From: an uncultured Actinomycetes bacterium
GTDB taxonomy: Bacteria; Actinomycetota; Acidimicrobiia; IMCC26256; DASPTH01
Direction: 5' to 3'
Assembly: GCA_963750045.1 (NCBI GenBank)
Contig: CAVVPD010000002.1
Span: forward strand, 423,257-487,256
Length of the DNA stretch: 64,000 nt
Part shown: positions 28,439 through 38,105 of the stretch, one piece after another
Layout: each line of letters begins with the position of its first letter
How positions within the stretch are numbered: the stretch's first letter is position 1
Made by a program: the position numbers and the translations under genes
Notes under the pieces: model-generated
Databases searched by the model: none
The model's input: the letters and a program-made list of their open reading frames with translations, nothing else
Told to the model about the DNA's origin: nothing

Positions 28439-28902
28439 GGTGCGCTCCTCACGTTGCGGAACTGGACTTCACGGAAGTCGTCGACCAGACGCTGCAGCAG
28501 GACGCCGAGCAGGCGACGGTCGTCGGGCGACCAATGGTCGAGGACGTCGCGCAGGTGGGCATCGAGCACGTCGGCGATGCGCCGACGCGCGTCGCGGCCG
28601 GCGTCGGTGATACCGACCACGACGACCCGGGCGTCGCCCGCGCTCGGCACGCGGTCGACGAAGCCGAGGTCCTCGAGCTTGCGGACCTGGCGGCCGGTCG
28701 ACGCCGCGTCCATGCCGGCCGAGCGGGCGAGCTCCCCGAGGGTGACCGGGCCGTGCTCGTCGATCCTGCGCAGCAGCGCGTAGGCGGGACGGGAGAGGTC
28801 GACCCCGGCCGCGGCCGACAGGCCGGCGTGCCCGTTGCGGCTCGCCCGCAGCCGGTCCAGCTGCTCGAGCGCCCGCTGCGTCCGGGCCAGGTTCGCGTCC
28901 AC
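28435..28902 (-). CDS. MarR-family transcriptional regulator
   Basis: ORF 28435..28902 (155 aa, GTG start): ..VTLGELARSAGMDAASTGRQVRKLEDLGFVDRVPSAGDARVVVVGITDAGRDA.. The stop overlaps the next start (ATGA). Confidence 0.9.
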   Translation of the reverse strand: MDANLARTQRALEQLDRLRASRNGHAGLSAAAGVDLSRPAYALLRRIDEHGPVTLGELARSAGMDAASTGRQVRKLEDLGFVDRVPSAGDARVVVVGITDAGRDARRRIADVLDAHLRDVLDHWSPDDRRLLGVLLQRLVDDFREVQFRNVRSAP

Positions 28903-28917
28903 CAGCTTGACCCTACA

Positions 28918-28942
28918 TTAGTTGTTTGGCTCTAGCAACTAA
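28918..28942. promoter_or_regulatory. Candidate MarR operator: inverted repeat TTAGTTG-N11-CAACTAA
   Basis: Perfect 7-nt arms at 28918-28924 and 28936-28942, within an AT-rich patch 16 nt upstream of the MarR GTG (28902). It is the only low-GC stretch in the 127-nt spacer. Confidence 0.45.
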
Positions 28943-29029
28943 CACGCTCGACCCCCACACCCGAACCTGCGTCATCTGTGGATGGCTGACCTGGGGTTTC
29001 GCGCGGCGGGTGACGCAAGTTCGTTGGGG

Positions 29030-29960
29030 TCAGGGGAGAAGGGGGAACTCCTGGTGGACGAGGTCCTCGGTGAGGGCCCAGAGGCGCTCGGCGGAGTCGG
29101 GGTCGCGGGCCCAGGGGGCGTGCTGATCGGTGACCTCGCAGTCGGCGAGGTAGGTGCCGCCACGGTCGACGAGCTCGGGCGCGGTCGCCGCCCACACCGA
29201 GGTCGCCGCACCCTGCGCGACGGTCTTGCGCGGCGGCATCCCGCCCGACGGCGCGGCCTTGGCCCGTTCCATCAGCGCGGCGAAGTCGTCCTCGGTCATG
29301 TAGCGACCCAACTCGGTGGAGATCATCCCCGGGTGCACTGCGTACGCATGCACCCCACGGTCGCCGAGGCGACGCTCGAGCTCGACCGAGAACAGGATGT
29401 TGGCCGTCTTCGACTGCCCGTACGCGGAGAACTTGTCGTACTCGCGGCGCTCGAAGTTCGGGTCGTCCCACACGATGTCGGAGCCCATGTGGCCACCCGA
29501 GCTCAGGTTGACGACCCGGGCCGGAGGATCGGCGAGGAGCGCGGGCACGAGCAGGCACGTCAGGAGGAAGTGCCCGACGTGGTTGGTGCCGAACTGCATC
29601 TCGAAACCCTCGGCGGTGCGCTCGAGCGGCGTGTACATGACCCCCGCGTTGTTGACCAGGAGGTGCAGGCGGTCGTGGGTGCCCAGGTACCAGTCGGCGA
29701 AGGCGCGCACCGCGTCGAGTGACGTCAGGTCGAGCGCGCCCGGCTCCAGCGACGCGTCCGGGACCTGCGACCGGATCGCGTCGACCGCGGCGTCGATGCG
29801 CGCCGCGTCGCGACCGGCGAGCACCACGTGCGCGCCGACGGACGCGAGTCGCGCGTGCGGTCTCGAGCCCGAGCCCGGTCGACGCCCCGGTGACCACCGC
29901 GACCTTGCCGTCCAGGTCGACCCCCTCGAGGACCTCCTCGGTCGTCGTCTCGAAGCTCAT
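29030..29960 (-). pseudogene. Short-chain dehydrogenase/reductase (SDR); frame break near 29848-29854
   Basis: The N-terminus MSFETTTEEVLEGVDLDGKVAVVTGASTGLGLETARA starts at ATG 29960 (ATGA overlap). The frame of ORF 29030..29827 then continues (LASVGAHVVLAGRDAARID..LVNNAGVM..YGQSKTANIL..). One extra base sits next to cgcgcg; length is 3n+1. Confidence 0.85.
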
Positions 29961-30787
29961 GATCCGTCCCCTTCCGGCCACTCGGGCCAGTCCTCGGCCA
30001 CGCGTCGACGCCACTCCGGATCGCGCCGTTCGAGGAACGCCATCACACCCTCACGCGCGTCGTCGCTCCCCATCAGGTGGTGGTGCAACTCGGTCTCGAG
30101 CCGGCCGACCTCGGAACGGTCGAGCTCGAAGCTCTGCCACAGCAGGCGCTTGCTGAACGCGACCGACATCGGTGCGGTGTTGACCGCGATGTCACGTGCC
30201 ATCGCCCATGCCGCCGGCAGCACCTCGTCGTTGGGCAGGCAGCGGCTCGCGATCCCGAGGCGCCGCATGTCGTGACCGTCGAAGGTGGCGCCCGTCAACA
30301 GGACCTCGGCCGCGTTGGCCATGCCCACGATGCGCGGCAGCGCCCAATGCACGTAGGCGTCGCCCATCACGCCCCGCCGTACCTGGACCACGCCGTACTT
30401 GGCGTCGGCGGCCATGAACCGGAGGTCGCACTGGATGGCGAGCGTGAGCCCGAGCCCGATGGCGTGCCCGTTGACCGCGGCGATGACCGGCTTGCGGATC
30501 TCCCAGGCCGGCGGATCGATCGCGGCAGCGGAGAAGGTCGACGCATCAGGCGCGCCGAAGGTGTCGCCACCGCCGGAGATGTCAGCCCCCGCGCAGAAGG
30601 CCGGCGGGGTGCCCGTGAGCACGACGGCCCGGATCCCGTCGTCGGTGTCACACCGCCGGTACGCGTCCTCGAGCTCGGTGCGCATCGAACCACCGAACGC
30701 GTTGCGGGCGTCCGGCCGGTGCAGCGTGATCGTCGCAACCTGGTCGCGGACCTCGAACTTGACGTCCCCGTACCCAGACGTGCTCAT
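29957..30787 (-). CDS. Enoyl-CoA hydratase/isomerase family protein
   Basis: ATG 30787 (ATGA overlap): MSTSGYGDVKFEVRDQVATITLHRPDARNAF..FCAGADISGGG..VIAAVNGHAIGLGLTLAIQCDLRFMA.. Confidence 0.9.
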   Translation of the reverse strand: MSTSGYGDVKFEVRDQVATITLHRPDARNAFGGSMRTELEDAYRRCDTDDGIRAVVLTGTPPAFCAGADISGGGDTFGAPDASTFSAAAIDPPAWEIRKPVIAAVNGHAIGLGLTLAIQCDLRFMAADAKYGVVQVRRGVMGDAYVHWALPRIVGMANAAEVLLTGATFDGHDMRRLGIASRCLPNDEVLPAAWAMARDIAVNTAPMSVAFSKRLLWQSFELDRSEVGRLETELHHHLMGSDDAREGVMAFLERRDPEWRRRVAEDWPEWPEGDGS

Positions 30788-31803
30788 GCCGTGCGCACGG
30801 TGTCGACCAGCGCCGAGAGGTCGGAAGGCGGGATCTCGTACCCCGGGAAGTAGCAGCTGACACGCGATGCGATGCCGCCGAAGCGCGCGACGATCTCCTG
30901 CCCGCACTCCTCGGGCGTGCCGAACACGCCGATGGTGCGCAGCACGTCGTCGTCGATGAGCGTGCTCATCGTCGCCCACTCCCCCTGCTTGGACAGCCGG
31001 TTCAGCTCGGGTTGCAGATCACCCCACCCCTCGACGTCGAGCACCGGCCGGTATGACGGCGTCGAGCCGTAGAAGGAGAGCAGGCCCTTCACGCCCCGCG
31101 TCGCCACGGCGATCTCCTCGTCGGTCCGCCCCGCGCAGACGATCGCCTCGCAGATCACCTCGACCTCACCCGGCGCGCGCCCGCCCGTCGCCATGCCGCG
31201 CTTGATCGCCGGCAGCGTGCGTTCGGCGAGGTGGCGAGTGCTGTTGAACGGCATCACGAGCACGCCGTCGGCCACCTCGGCCGCAACCTCGGTCATGCGC
31301 GGACCGAGGGCTCCGATCAGCACCGGTGGCGGTCCGTAGGGGTTCGGACCCGGGTTGAAGTTGGGCGTCATCAACGTGTGGGTCGTGAACTCTCCCCGGA
31401 AGTCGAGCTTGGCCGTGCCCTCCCAGGCGGCGAAGATCGCCTTCGTCGCCAGGACCCACTCACGCATGCGCGGCACCGGCCGCGACCACTGCGCACCGAA
31501 GCGCTTCTCGATCGCGGGCTTCACCTGCGAGCCCAGACCGAGACGGAACCGTCCGCGCGACAGCACCTGCAGGTCGTAGGCGACGTTCGCCAACTGCATC
31601 GGGCTGCGCGGGAACGCGATCGCCACGTTGGTCATGAGGTCGGCCTCGACCGTGCTGGCCGCGACGGCCAGCGGCAGGAACGGGTCGTGCTGGCCCTCGA
31701 AGGTGAACAGGCCGTCGACGCCCGTCGCCATCCGTGCCCGGCACTGCCCCTCGAGGTCGTCGAGGCTCGTGCCCATCAACACGTCGATCTCGAGCTCACT
31801 CAT
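30784..31803 (-). CDS. LLM-class (probably F420-dependent) oxidoreductase
   Basis: ATG 31803 (ATGA overlap): MSELEIDVLMG..GVDGLFTFEGQHDPFLPLA..GRFRLGLGSQVKPAIEKRFG.. Confidence 0.85.
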   Translation of the reverse strand: MSELEIDVLMGTSLDDLEGQCRARMATGVDGLFTFEGQHDPFLPLAVAASTVEADLMTNVAIAFPRSPMQLANVAYDLQVLSRGRFRLGLGSQVKPAIEKRFGAQWSRPVPRMREWVLATKAIFAAWEGTAKLDFRGEFTTHTLMTPNFNPGPNPYGPPPVLIGALGPRMTEVAAEVADGVLVMPFNSTRHLAERTLPAIKRGMATGGRAPGEVEVICEAIVCAGRTDEEIAVATRGVKGLLSFYGSTPSYRPVLDVEGWGDLQPELNRLSKQGEWATMSTLIDDDVLRTIGVFGTPEECGQEIVARFGGIASRVSCYFPGYEIPPSDLSALVDTVRTA

Positions 31804-32948
31804 GTGTCCTCCCGGGGAACGTCGTAGCGCTCGTAGTACCGCTCGAAGCGGGCGTCGAGCGGTGCCCGGTCGACCCCGACCTCGGCCAGCGAGTAGACGT
31901 GCGTCCCGTACTTGTGCTGCGGATTGGCGGCGTGGAAGCGCCGGAAGTACGCCTCCTTGTCGGCGTTCCATTCGATGCCGAAGCGCTCGTAGATGCTGCC
32001 GACCACCGCCACCGGGTCGCGCACGATGTCGGCGTACGCGACGTCGAAGAACGAGTCGTCGCCGATGCGGTCACGCGCGTCCATGGCGCGGTCGGTGAGC
32101 GCCGAGAGCGTGACCGGCCAGTGCTCGACGATGTAGTCGGTGTGGTCGACGTCGGTGAACGTGCCGGTGAGCGAGCGCAGCAGGCTGAACGTCGACGCCG
32201 CGATCTTCACCGGATCCCGGTGGGTCACGATCATGCGGGCGTCCGGGTACGTGGCGAACACGGAGTCGAGCAGCAGCCCGTACTGGGGCGACTTGAGCTG
32301 CCACCGCCCCGGGCACTCCGATTGCAGGACCTGGAGCACGAGCCGGTGGTAGCCCGCGGCGTCGTCCCAGTCCGAGGCGAGCAACCACTCGTCGTAGCCG
32401 GGAAGATTGAACGTGGTCGAGTAGATGAGGCTCTGGAAGTGCTGCGCGTGGAGCAGCGTGCACTCCATCGCGTCGTCGGGTTCGTCGTGGTGGATGGCCT
32501 TGAACCCGGGGTTGATCAGGTCGACCGCGCTCGGCGCGGCGCGCGCGGCCACGAAGCGCGGGTCGTCCTGGTACGTCGCCGTCGTCGGGGGCGGGATCGA
32601 CTCGTTCGCCTCCCACGCGAGCAGCGAGCGGTTGTCGGGATCCGCCGAGAGGAGATGGCTGAGCGCGGTCGTGCCGCTGCGGGGCATGCCTACCAGGATC
32701 AGCGGCGCCTCGATCGGCGTCGCCGCGAGGCCGGGGTGCGAGCGGTGCCACTCGTGCACCCGAAGCCGGTTCGTCAGGTTGCCGCGCACCTGCGCGTCGA
32801 CGGCCAGCATGCCGATCTCGTTGAGGTCTGCCTCCCCGATCGCCGACGCCCAGAGCGCGTCGAGCCCGTCGCGGAACGACGGGGCGCCGAAGTCGTCGAG
32901 GCCGACCTCCGCGACGACCTCCTCCAGGATCCGATCGACGTCACTCAT
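31800..32948 (-). CDS. Sulfotransferase-family protein (Sulfotransfer_3/Stf-like)
   Basis: ATG 32948: MSDVDRILEEVVAEVGLDDFG..LILVGMPRSGTTALSHLL (PAPS 5'-phosphosulfate loop)..RMIVTHRDPVKIAAS.. This is the 3' third of the 1090-codon ORF 31800..35072. Confidence 0.85.
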   Translation of the reverse strand: MSDVDRILEEVVAEVGLDDFGAPSFRDGLDALWASAIGEADLNEIGMLAVDAQVRGNLTNRLRVHEWHRSHPGLAATPIEAPLILVGMPRSGTTALSHLLSADPDNRSLLAWEANESIPPPTTATYQDDPRFVAARAAPSAVDLINPGFKAIHHDEPDDAMECTLLHAQHFQSLIYSTTFNLPGYDEWLLASDWDDAAGYHRLVLQVLQSECPGRWQLKSPQYGLLLDSVFATYPDARMIVTHRDPVKIAASTFSLLRSLTGTFTDVDHTDYIVEHWPVTLSALTDRAMDARDRIGDDSFFDVAYADIVRDPVAVVGSIYERFGIEWNADKEAYFRRFHAANPQHKYGTHVYSLAEVGVDRAPLDARFERYYERYDVPREDT

Positions 32949-32955
32949 GACCCGC

Positions 32956-33824
32956 TCAGATGCCCAACGCGTCGCGCGTACGCGCCAGCTCGTCGGGGTC
33001 CGAGGTGGTCGGCACCAGGAAGTACTCGTCGGCGCCCGCGTCGCGTGCGTTGTCGACGGCCCGGCGGAGCGCATCGGGTGAGCAGCACGTGACCGCGGTC
33101 GACGCCCACTTCCCGATCTCCTCGCCCATGACCCGCATGTAGGCGTAGGCGTACTCGCGCAGGCGCGCCTCGGCGTCGTCGCCGAGCGCATACCAGATGC
33201 TCGACGAGAGGTGCGGGGCCTCGGCGCGGCCGGCGGCCTCCCACGCGGCGCGGATCTGCGTGAACGCAGTTGCCATCTGGTCACGATCGCCGTCCATCGT
33301 GAACGCGCCGTCGACGCCGTCCGCCCAGTGCGCGGCGCGCGCGCGATCGCCTTGGGGCCCATGACGCCGGCGATCACCGGCGGGCCACCCGGCTGCACCG
33401 GCATCGGACCCACCGGATCGGCACCTTCGAAGGGCGGCTGCCCCGCCCAGATCCGCCGCATGCGCGCGACCTGGTCGTCCATGCGCTGCCACCGCCGCCC
33501 GAACGAGCCGCCGATGGCGCGGTAGTCGTGCTCCCGCCCCCCGACCCCGACGCCGACGGTGAGACGGCCCTCGCTGAGGACGTCGACCGACGCCATCTGC
33601 TTCGCCACCGCGACCTCGTCGTGCGCGGGGAGGATCACGATCGTCGTCCAGAGCCGCACCCGCTCGGTCAGTGCGGCCGCGGCCGCGAGGTCGACCGTGC
33701 AGTCGTGACTGGTGAAGGTGACGCGCTCGGGTACGGCGAGGCTGGGCCACGGCCCGGCATCGACCTCCCGACACCAGGCGATCGTCTGCTGCCGGGTGTG
33801 CGACAGCATGGTCGGCAGCGTCAT
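32956..33824 (-). pseudogene. LLM-class oxidoreductase; frame break at 33335-33345
   Basis: ATG 33824: MTLPTMLSHTRQQTIAWCREV..LSEGRLTVGVGVGGREHDYRA..VMGPKAIARA. The frame of ORF 32956..33939 then continues (AHWADGVDGAFTMDGDRDQMATAF..ADEYFLVPTTSDPDELAR). The junction lies in gcgcgcgcgcg; length is 3n+2. Confidence 0.82.
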
Positions 33825-33872
33825 CGAGAGGTCCACGGCGAGGAGGGTACGCTCCCACGCTGGAGGAACGCC

Positions 33873-34884
33873 ATGAAACTGGGTGTCGTGTTCGGGTACT
33901 GGGGGGCGGGACCGCGCGTCGGCTTCGTCGAGGAGGCACGCGAGGCCGAGCGCCTCGGCTTCGACTCGGTCTGGGTGGCGGAATCGTGGGGGAACGACGC
34001 GTTCACGTACGCGGCGTACATCGCCGCGAACACCTCGACCATCAAGATCGGCACCGGCATCGTGCAGATGGCGGCGCGCACTCCGACCGCGACCACGATG
34101 GCCGCGGTCACCCTCGACCACCTCTCGGGTGGTCGCCTCATCCTCGGCCTCGGTGTGTCCGGCCCCCAGGTGGTCGAGGGTTGGTACGGGCAACCGTCCA
34201 ACCGCCCCTTGGCGCGCACACGTGAGTACGTCGACATCATCCGGCGCGCGCTGCGGCGCGAGGGTCCGCTCGAGAGCGACGGCGAGTTCTACCCGCTCCC
34301 CTATCGCGGTGAGGGCAGCCAGGGCCTGGGCAAGCCGTTGAAGATCATGACCCACCCGCTGCGGGCCGACATCCCGATCTTCCTCGGCGCCGAGGGCCCC
34401 AAGAACGTGACCCAGACCGCGGAGATCGCCGACGGTTGGCTCCCGCTCTACTACTCGCCGTTCCGTCAAGAGGTCTACGCCGACCAGCTGAAGGACGCGA
34501 AGCCCGGCTTCGAGATCAACGCCATGGCCAACGTCACCGTCACCGACGACGTCGCCGCCGCGCTGCTCCCGGTGAAGGGCATGCTCGGCTTCTACATCGG
34601 CGGCATGGGCGCGAAGGGGCAGAACTACCACACCAAGCTCATGCAACGGATGGGCTTCGAGGAAGAGGCGCTGAAGATCCAGGACCTCTTCTTCGCGGGC
34701 AAGCGCGACGAAGCGATCATGGCCGTGCCCGACGACTTCGCCGACGAGATCTCCATCGTGGGCCCGCCGTCGCGCGATCAGGGAACGACTGGCGGCCTGG
34801 CGCGACAGCCCGGTGACCACGCTCATGATCGCCGGCCGCGACAACGAGCAGCTCAAGGTCGTGCGAGACCTCGTGCTCGACTGA
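33873..34884 (+). pseudogene. LLM-class F420-dependent oxidoreductase (Rv3520c-like by pattern); frame break at 34771-34777
   Basis: ATG 33873: MKLGVVFGYWGAGP..FDSVWVAESWGNDAF..GRLILGLGVSGPQVVEGWYG..ADEISIVGPPSR. The +1 frame then reads IRERLAAWRDSPVTTLMIAGRDNEQLKVVRDLVLD to stop 34884. Read in the original frame, the ORF runs on as Arg-rich junk to 35036. Confidence 0.85.
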
Positions 34885-34890
34885 CGCGCA

Positions 34891-36060
34891 GTGGCGAAGC
34901 ATCCGTTCCACGAGGTCGCCATCGTCGGCGTGCACAACACGAAACAGGCGCGTGTGCTCGAGGGACACGACTCACGGTCGATCACGTTCGCAGCGGGGAT
35001 GGGCGCGATCGGCGACGCCGGGCTCACGCCGCGTGACATCGACGGCCTGGTCGGCATGGCCAGCTCTGACATCCTCTACCAGAGCCGCAGTGGTCCGGTC
35101 TGGCGGTCGCACTCGGGGCTGGGGATCCCCGCGGTGCTCGAGGCGGCCGGCGCGATCGCCAACGGTCTCGCGTCGATCGTGCTCATCAGCGCGGGATCAG
35201 CGGGCATCTACACCGACCGCGCCTCGACCGCGCCTTGGACCCGGCCGACCCACGAGTTCGTCGCCCCCTTCGGGATGTTCACCGCGGCCGAGTTCGCACT
35301 CATCGCCCGGCGGCACATGCACAGGTACGGCACGACCCCGGAGGCGCTCGCCACCGTCGCCGCCACCATCCGCAACAACGGCCACGTGAACCCGGAAGCC
35401 TGCTACTTCGGTCGCGGCCCGTTCACCCCCCAGGACGTCCTCGACAGCCGCATGGTCGCGGACCCGTTCCACCTCCTCGACTGCTCGATGACCGCCGAGG
35501 GGGGCTGCGCGCTCGTGCTCGCCCGCGCCGACCTCGCTCGCGACATGGCCCAGGACGCGGTCTTCGTGCTCGGTGGCAACACCGACCACTTCGGGCCCTC
35601 GTACCAGCACCCCCCGGCGTGGGACATGGGCGGCCACCGGCGCACCGACCTGGTGGCCGGGACCGTCGGGCGCCGGGCCGCGGAGGACGCGTTCCGCATG
35701 TCGGGCCTCGGCCCTGCCGACGTCGACGTGTGCGAGCTCTACGACCCGTTCTCGTTCGAGATCATCCGCCAGTTCGAGGCGTTCGGCTTCTGCGCCGAGG
35801 GCGAGGGCGGCGACTACGTGATGAGCGGCACCATCGAGCCGGGAGGGCGCCACCCGATCACCACCGACGGCGGCCTGATGTCCTTCAGCCACGGTGGTGC
35901 CACCGTGCAGCTGCTGCAGCGGGTGATCCGGGGAGTCCAACAGCTCCGGGGCGGCTGCCCCACGATGCAGGTCGAGGACGCCGAGGTCGCGCTGTGCAGC
36001 GGAGGTGGCGCAGGTGCGCTCTTCACCGACGTGCTGCTCCTCGGAAGGGAGCAACCATGA
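34891..36060 (+). CDS. Thiolase-fold protein (Ltp/SCP-x-like)
   Basis: ORF 34891..36060 (389 aa, GTG start 6 nt after the upstream stop): ..HEVAIVGVHNTKQ..LLDCSMTAEGGCALVL..ITTDGGLMSFSHGGATVQLLQ.. Confidence 0.85.
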   Translation: MAKHPFHEVAIVGVHNTKQARVLEGHDSRSITFAAGMGAIGDAGLTPRDIDGLVGMASSDILYQSRSGPVWRSHSGLGIPAVLEAAGAIANGLASIVLISAGSAGIYTDRASTAPWTRPTHEFVAPFGMFTAAEFALIARRHMHRYGTTPEALATVAATIRNNGHVNPEACYFGRGPFTPQDVLDSRMVADPFHLLDCSMTAEGGCALVLARADLARDMAQDAVFVLGGNTDHFGPSYQHPPAWDMGGHRRTDLVAGTVGRRAAEDAFRMSGLGPADVDVCELYDPFSFEIIRQFEAFGFCAEGEGGDYVMSGTIEPGGRHPITTDGGLMSFSHGGATVQLLQRVIRGVQQLRGGCPTMQVEDAEVALCSGGGAGALFTDVLLLGREQP

Positions 36061-36076
36061 GCGAGAGCGGGGAACC

Positions 36077-36526
36077 ATGAGCAACGTGCCCGACGCCATC
36101 GCCATCACCAACCTGCTCTACCGCTACGCGGAGCTCATCGACGCCGGCGACTACGAGGGTGTCGGCGCGCATCTCGCGCACACGGTGATCACCACGGACG
36201 GCTCAGACCATCAGACACGCGGTGCGGACACGGTCGCGGCGATGTACCACGCGACCACCCGGAAGTACGAGAACGGCACCCCCTTGACCAAGCACGTGAT
36301 CACCAACCCGATCGTCGACGTCGCCGACGACGGGCTGTCGGGTACCTGCCGCTCGTACTACACCGTCTTGCAGAAGGCGGGAGACGCTCCCTTGCGGCCG
36401 ATCATCACCGGCCACTATCGCGACGAGTTCGAGAAGGTCGACGGTTCGTGGCGCTTCAGCCGTCGCCACATGGGCATCGACCAGATCGGCGACCTCTCAC
36501 TCCACCTGCTCATCGACCTCGGCTAG
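36077..36526 (+). CDS. SnoaL-like / NTF2-fold protein
   Basis: ATG 36077: MSNVPDAIAITNLLYRYAELIDAGDYEGVGAHLAH..GHYRDEFEKVDGSWRFSRR.. Confidence 0.85.
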   Translation: MSNVPDAIAITNLLYRYAELIDAGDYEGVGAHLAHTVITTDGSDHQTRGADTVAAMYHATTRKYENGTPLTKHVITNPIVDVADDGLSGTCRSYYTVLQKAGDAPLRPIITGHYRDEFEKVDGSWRFSRRHMGIDQIGDLSLHLLIDLG

Positions 36527-36570
36527 CGACCGAGCGCCGATGCGCCACAGTGCTCATCAACGGCTCCCGT

Positions 36571-37479
36571 TCAACCGGGGTAGCGGGACGCGAAGGCCGC
36601 TCGCAAACCGTCGCGCCATCCGACCTTGCACCGGCCCGTGATGCTCGCTCGGAGGGTCGGATCGGCGATCGACCCGCGCAACGTGCCCGGCGTCTGGACC
36701 ACGTTCACGGGGACTGCGTGCCCAATCAGCTCGGCGAAGTACGCGCACCACTCCTGCACGCTCACCGCCTCGTCGCCGCCCCAGTTGACGATGCGGGCCG
36801 GGACCGTGGCCGCCTGGAGCAGGGAGCCGGTCTGCTCGTTGATGTCGTCTTCGTGGATCGGGCTGTACGGACAAGGGTCCCAGCGCGTGGTCACCGGCTC
36901 GCCCGCGACCGCGGCATCGAGGTGGTAGACCGGCAGACCGCCGTTGGGGCCGTACGACGCGTTCATCCGTGCGATCACCACCGGCAGGTCGTACTGGCGC
37001 GCGCAGGTGCGGGCCACGGCCTCTTGGGCGATCTTCGACATCGAGTACGGGGGCGACAGCGACGAGTTCACCTCGCCGAGCGGATCCGTCTCGTGGAAGA
37101 CGTGCAGCGGATCGTCCTGGGGCCGGTAGACGGAATGTGTCGACATGACCAGCGCGGCCTTCGCCCGGCGGCAGTGCGCGAGCAGCAGACCCGTTCCCTC
37201 CGCGTTGACGCGGATGGCGTGGTCGAAGTCGACACCGGGGCCCTGGAACGCAGCGAGATGCACCACGTACGTGAAGTCGTCGGGCACGTCGGTGAAGTCC
37301 CCCGCGGCGATGTCGCAGACGCGGGTGGTCACACCGAGAGCATCGACTCGGGCGCGTGTCTCGACGTCACCGAATCGCGCGATGCCCCACACCTCGTTGT
37401 CTCGCGCGAGGTACCGAGCCAACGGGAACGCGATCTGCCCGGCCGGACCGGTGACGAGGACCTTCTCACCCGAGAGCAC
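36571..37479 (-). CDS. NAD-dependent epimerase/dehydratase family (extended SDR)
   Basis: ORF 36571..37479 (302 aa): ..KVLVTGPAGQIAF.. (GxxGxxG) and ..PPYSMSKIAQE.. (YxxxK). Confidence 0.88.
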   Translation of the reverse strand: MLSGEKVLVTGPAGQIAFPLARYLARDNEVWGIARFGDVETRARVDALGVTTRVCDIAAGDFTDVPDDFTYVVHLAAFQGPGVDFDHAIRVNAEGTGLLLAHCRRAKAALVMSTHSVYRPQDDPLHVFHETDPLGEVNSSLSPPYSMSKIAQEAVARTCARQYDLPVVIARMNASYGPNGGLPVYHLDAAVAGEPVTTRWDPCPYSPIHEDDINEQTGSLLQAATVPARIVNWGGDEAVSVQEWCAYFAELIGHAVPVNVVQTPGTLRGSIADPTLRASITGRCKVGWRDGLRAAFASRYPG

Positions 37480-37538
37480 GATCGGTGACGCTACTCCGGC
37501 GCGTGACGGTCATCGATTGCCGCAGTAGCGTCGCCGTC

Positions 37539-38105
37539 ATGTCTCGTCTCGGACCCTGGCAACCTACTGACGCCGACGAACGTCTCGACCGCATGGAATC
37601 GTTGGCCGCGATCCGCCAACTGCCGATGCGTTACGCCGTCGCGGTCGACTCCCGGAACATGGACGACCTGGTGGCGCTCTTCGTGCGCGACGTCCGGGTC
37701 GGTCGCGATCAGACCGGGCGCGCCGCGCTGCGCGCGTGGTTCGTCGACACACTCTCGAAACCGAAGATGTCGGTGCATCTCGTCGCCAACCACGTCATCG
37801 ACTTCGACGACGCCGACCACGCGCGCGGGATCGTGTACTGCCGCGACGAGCTCTCACGACCCGACGGCACGTGGGACTACGGCATGCTCCAGTACTGGGA
37901 CACCTACGCGCGCGTCGACGGCGAGTGGTGCTTCCAGCGGCGCAAGTTCCTCCGCTGGTACATGGTCGACGCGCTCGAGCGTCCGTATCACGGGGCCGGT
38001 GTCGGCGCCGATCACGACTCGCTGACCACCGCCCAGCTCCCCGAGGCGTTCGAGTCCTGGGCCCGGTTCTGGGCGGAAGTGGGCTCAGACCCCTTCGCCG
38101 GCTGA
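37539..38105 (+). CDS. SnoaL-like / NTF2-fold protein
   Basis: ATG 37539: MSRLGPWQPTDADERLDRMESLAAIRQLPMRYAVAVDSRNMDDLVALF..YARVDGEWCFQRRKF.. Confidence 0.82.
   Translation: MSRLGPWQPTDADERLDRMESLAAIRQLPMRYAVAVDSRNMDDLVALFVRDVRVGRDQTGRAALRAWFVDTLSKPKMSVHLVANHVIDFDDADHARGIVYCRDELSRPDGTWDYGMLQYWDTYARVDGEWCFQRRKFLRWYMVDALERPYHGAGVGADHDSLTTAQLPEAFESWARFWAEVGSDPFAG

Noticed and set aside
31800-35072. A 1090-codon minus-strand ORF that could be read as one giant protein
   Set aside because: It is three things read through in one frame: the sulfotransferase (31800-32948), the N-terminal part of a frame-broken LLM (up to 33824), and the antisense of the plus-strand LLM 33873-34884. That last part has Arg/Ala/Gly/Pro-rich junk composition.
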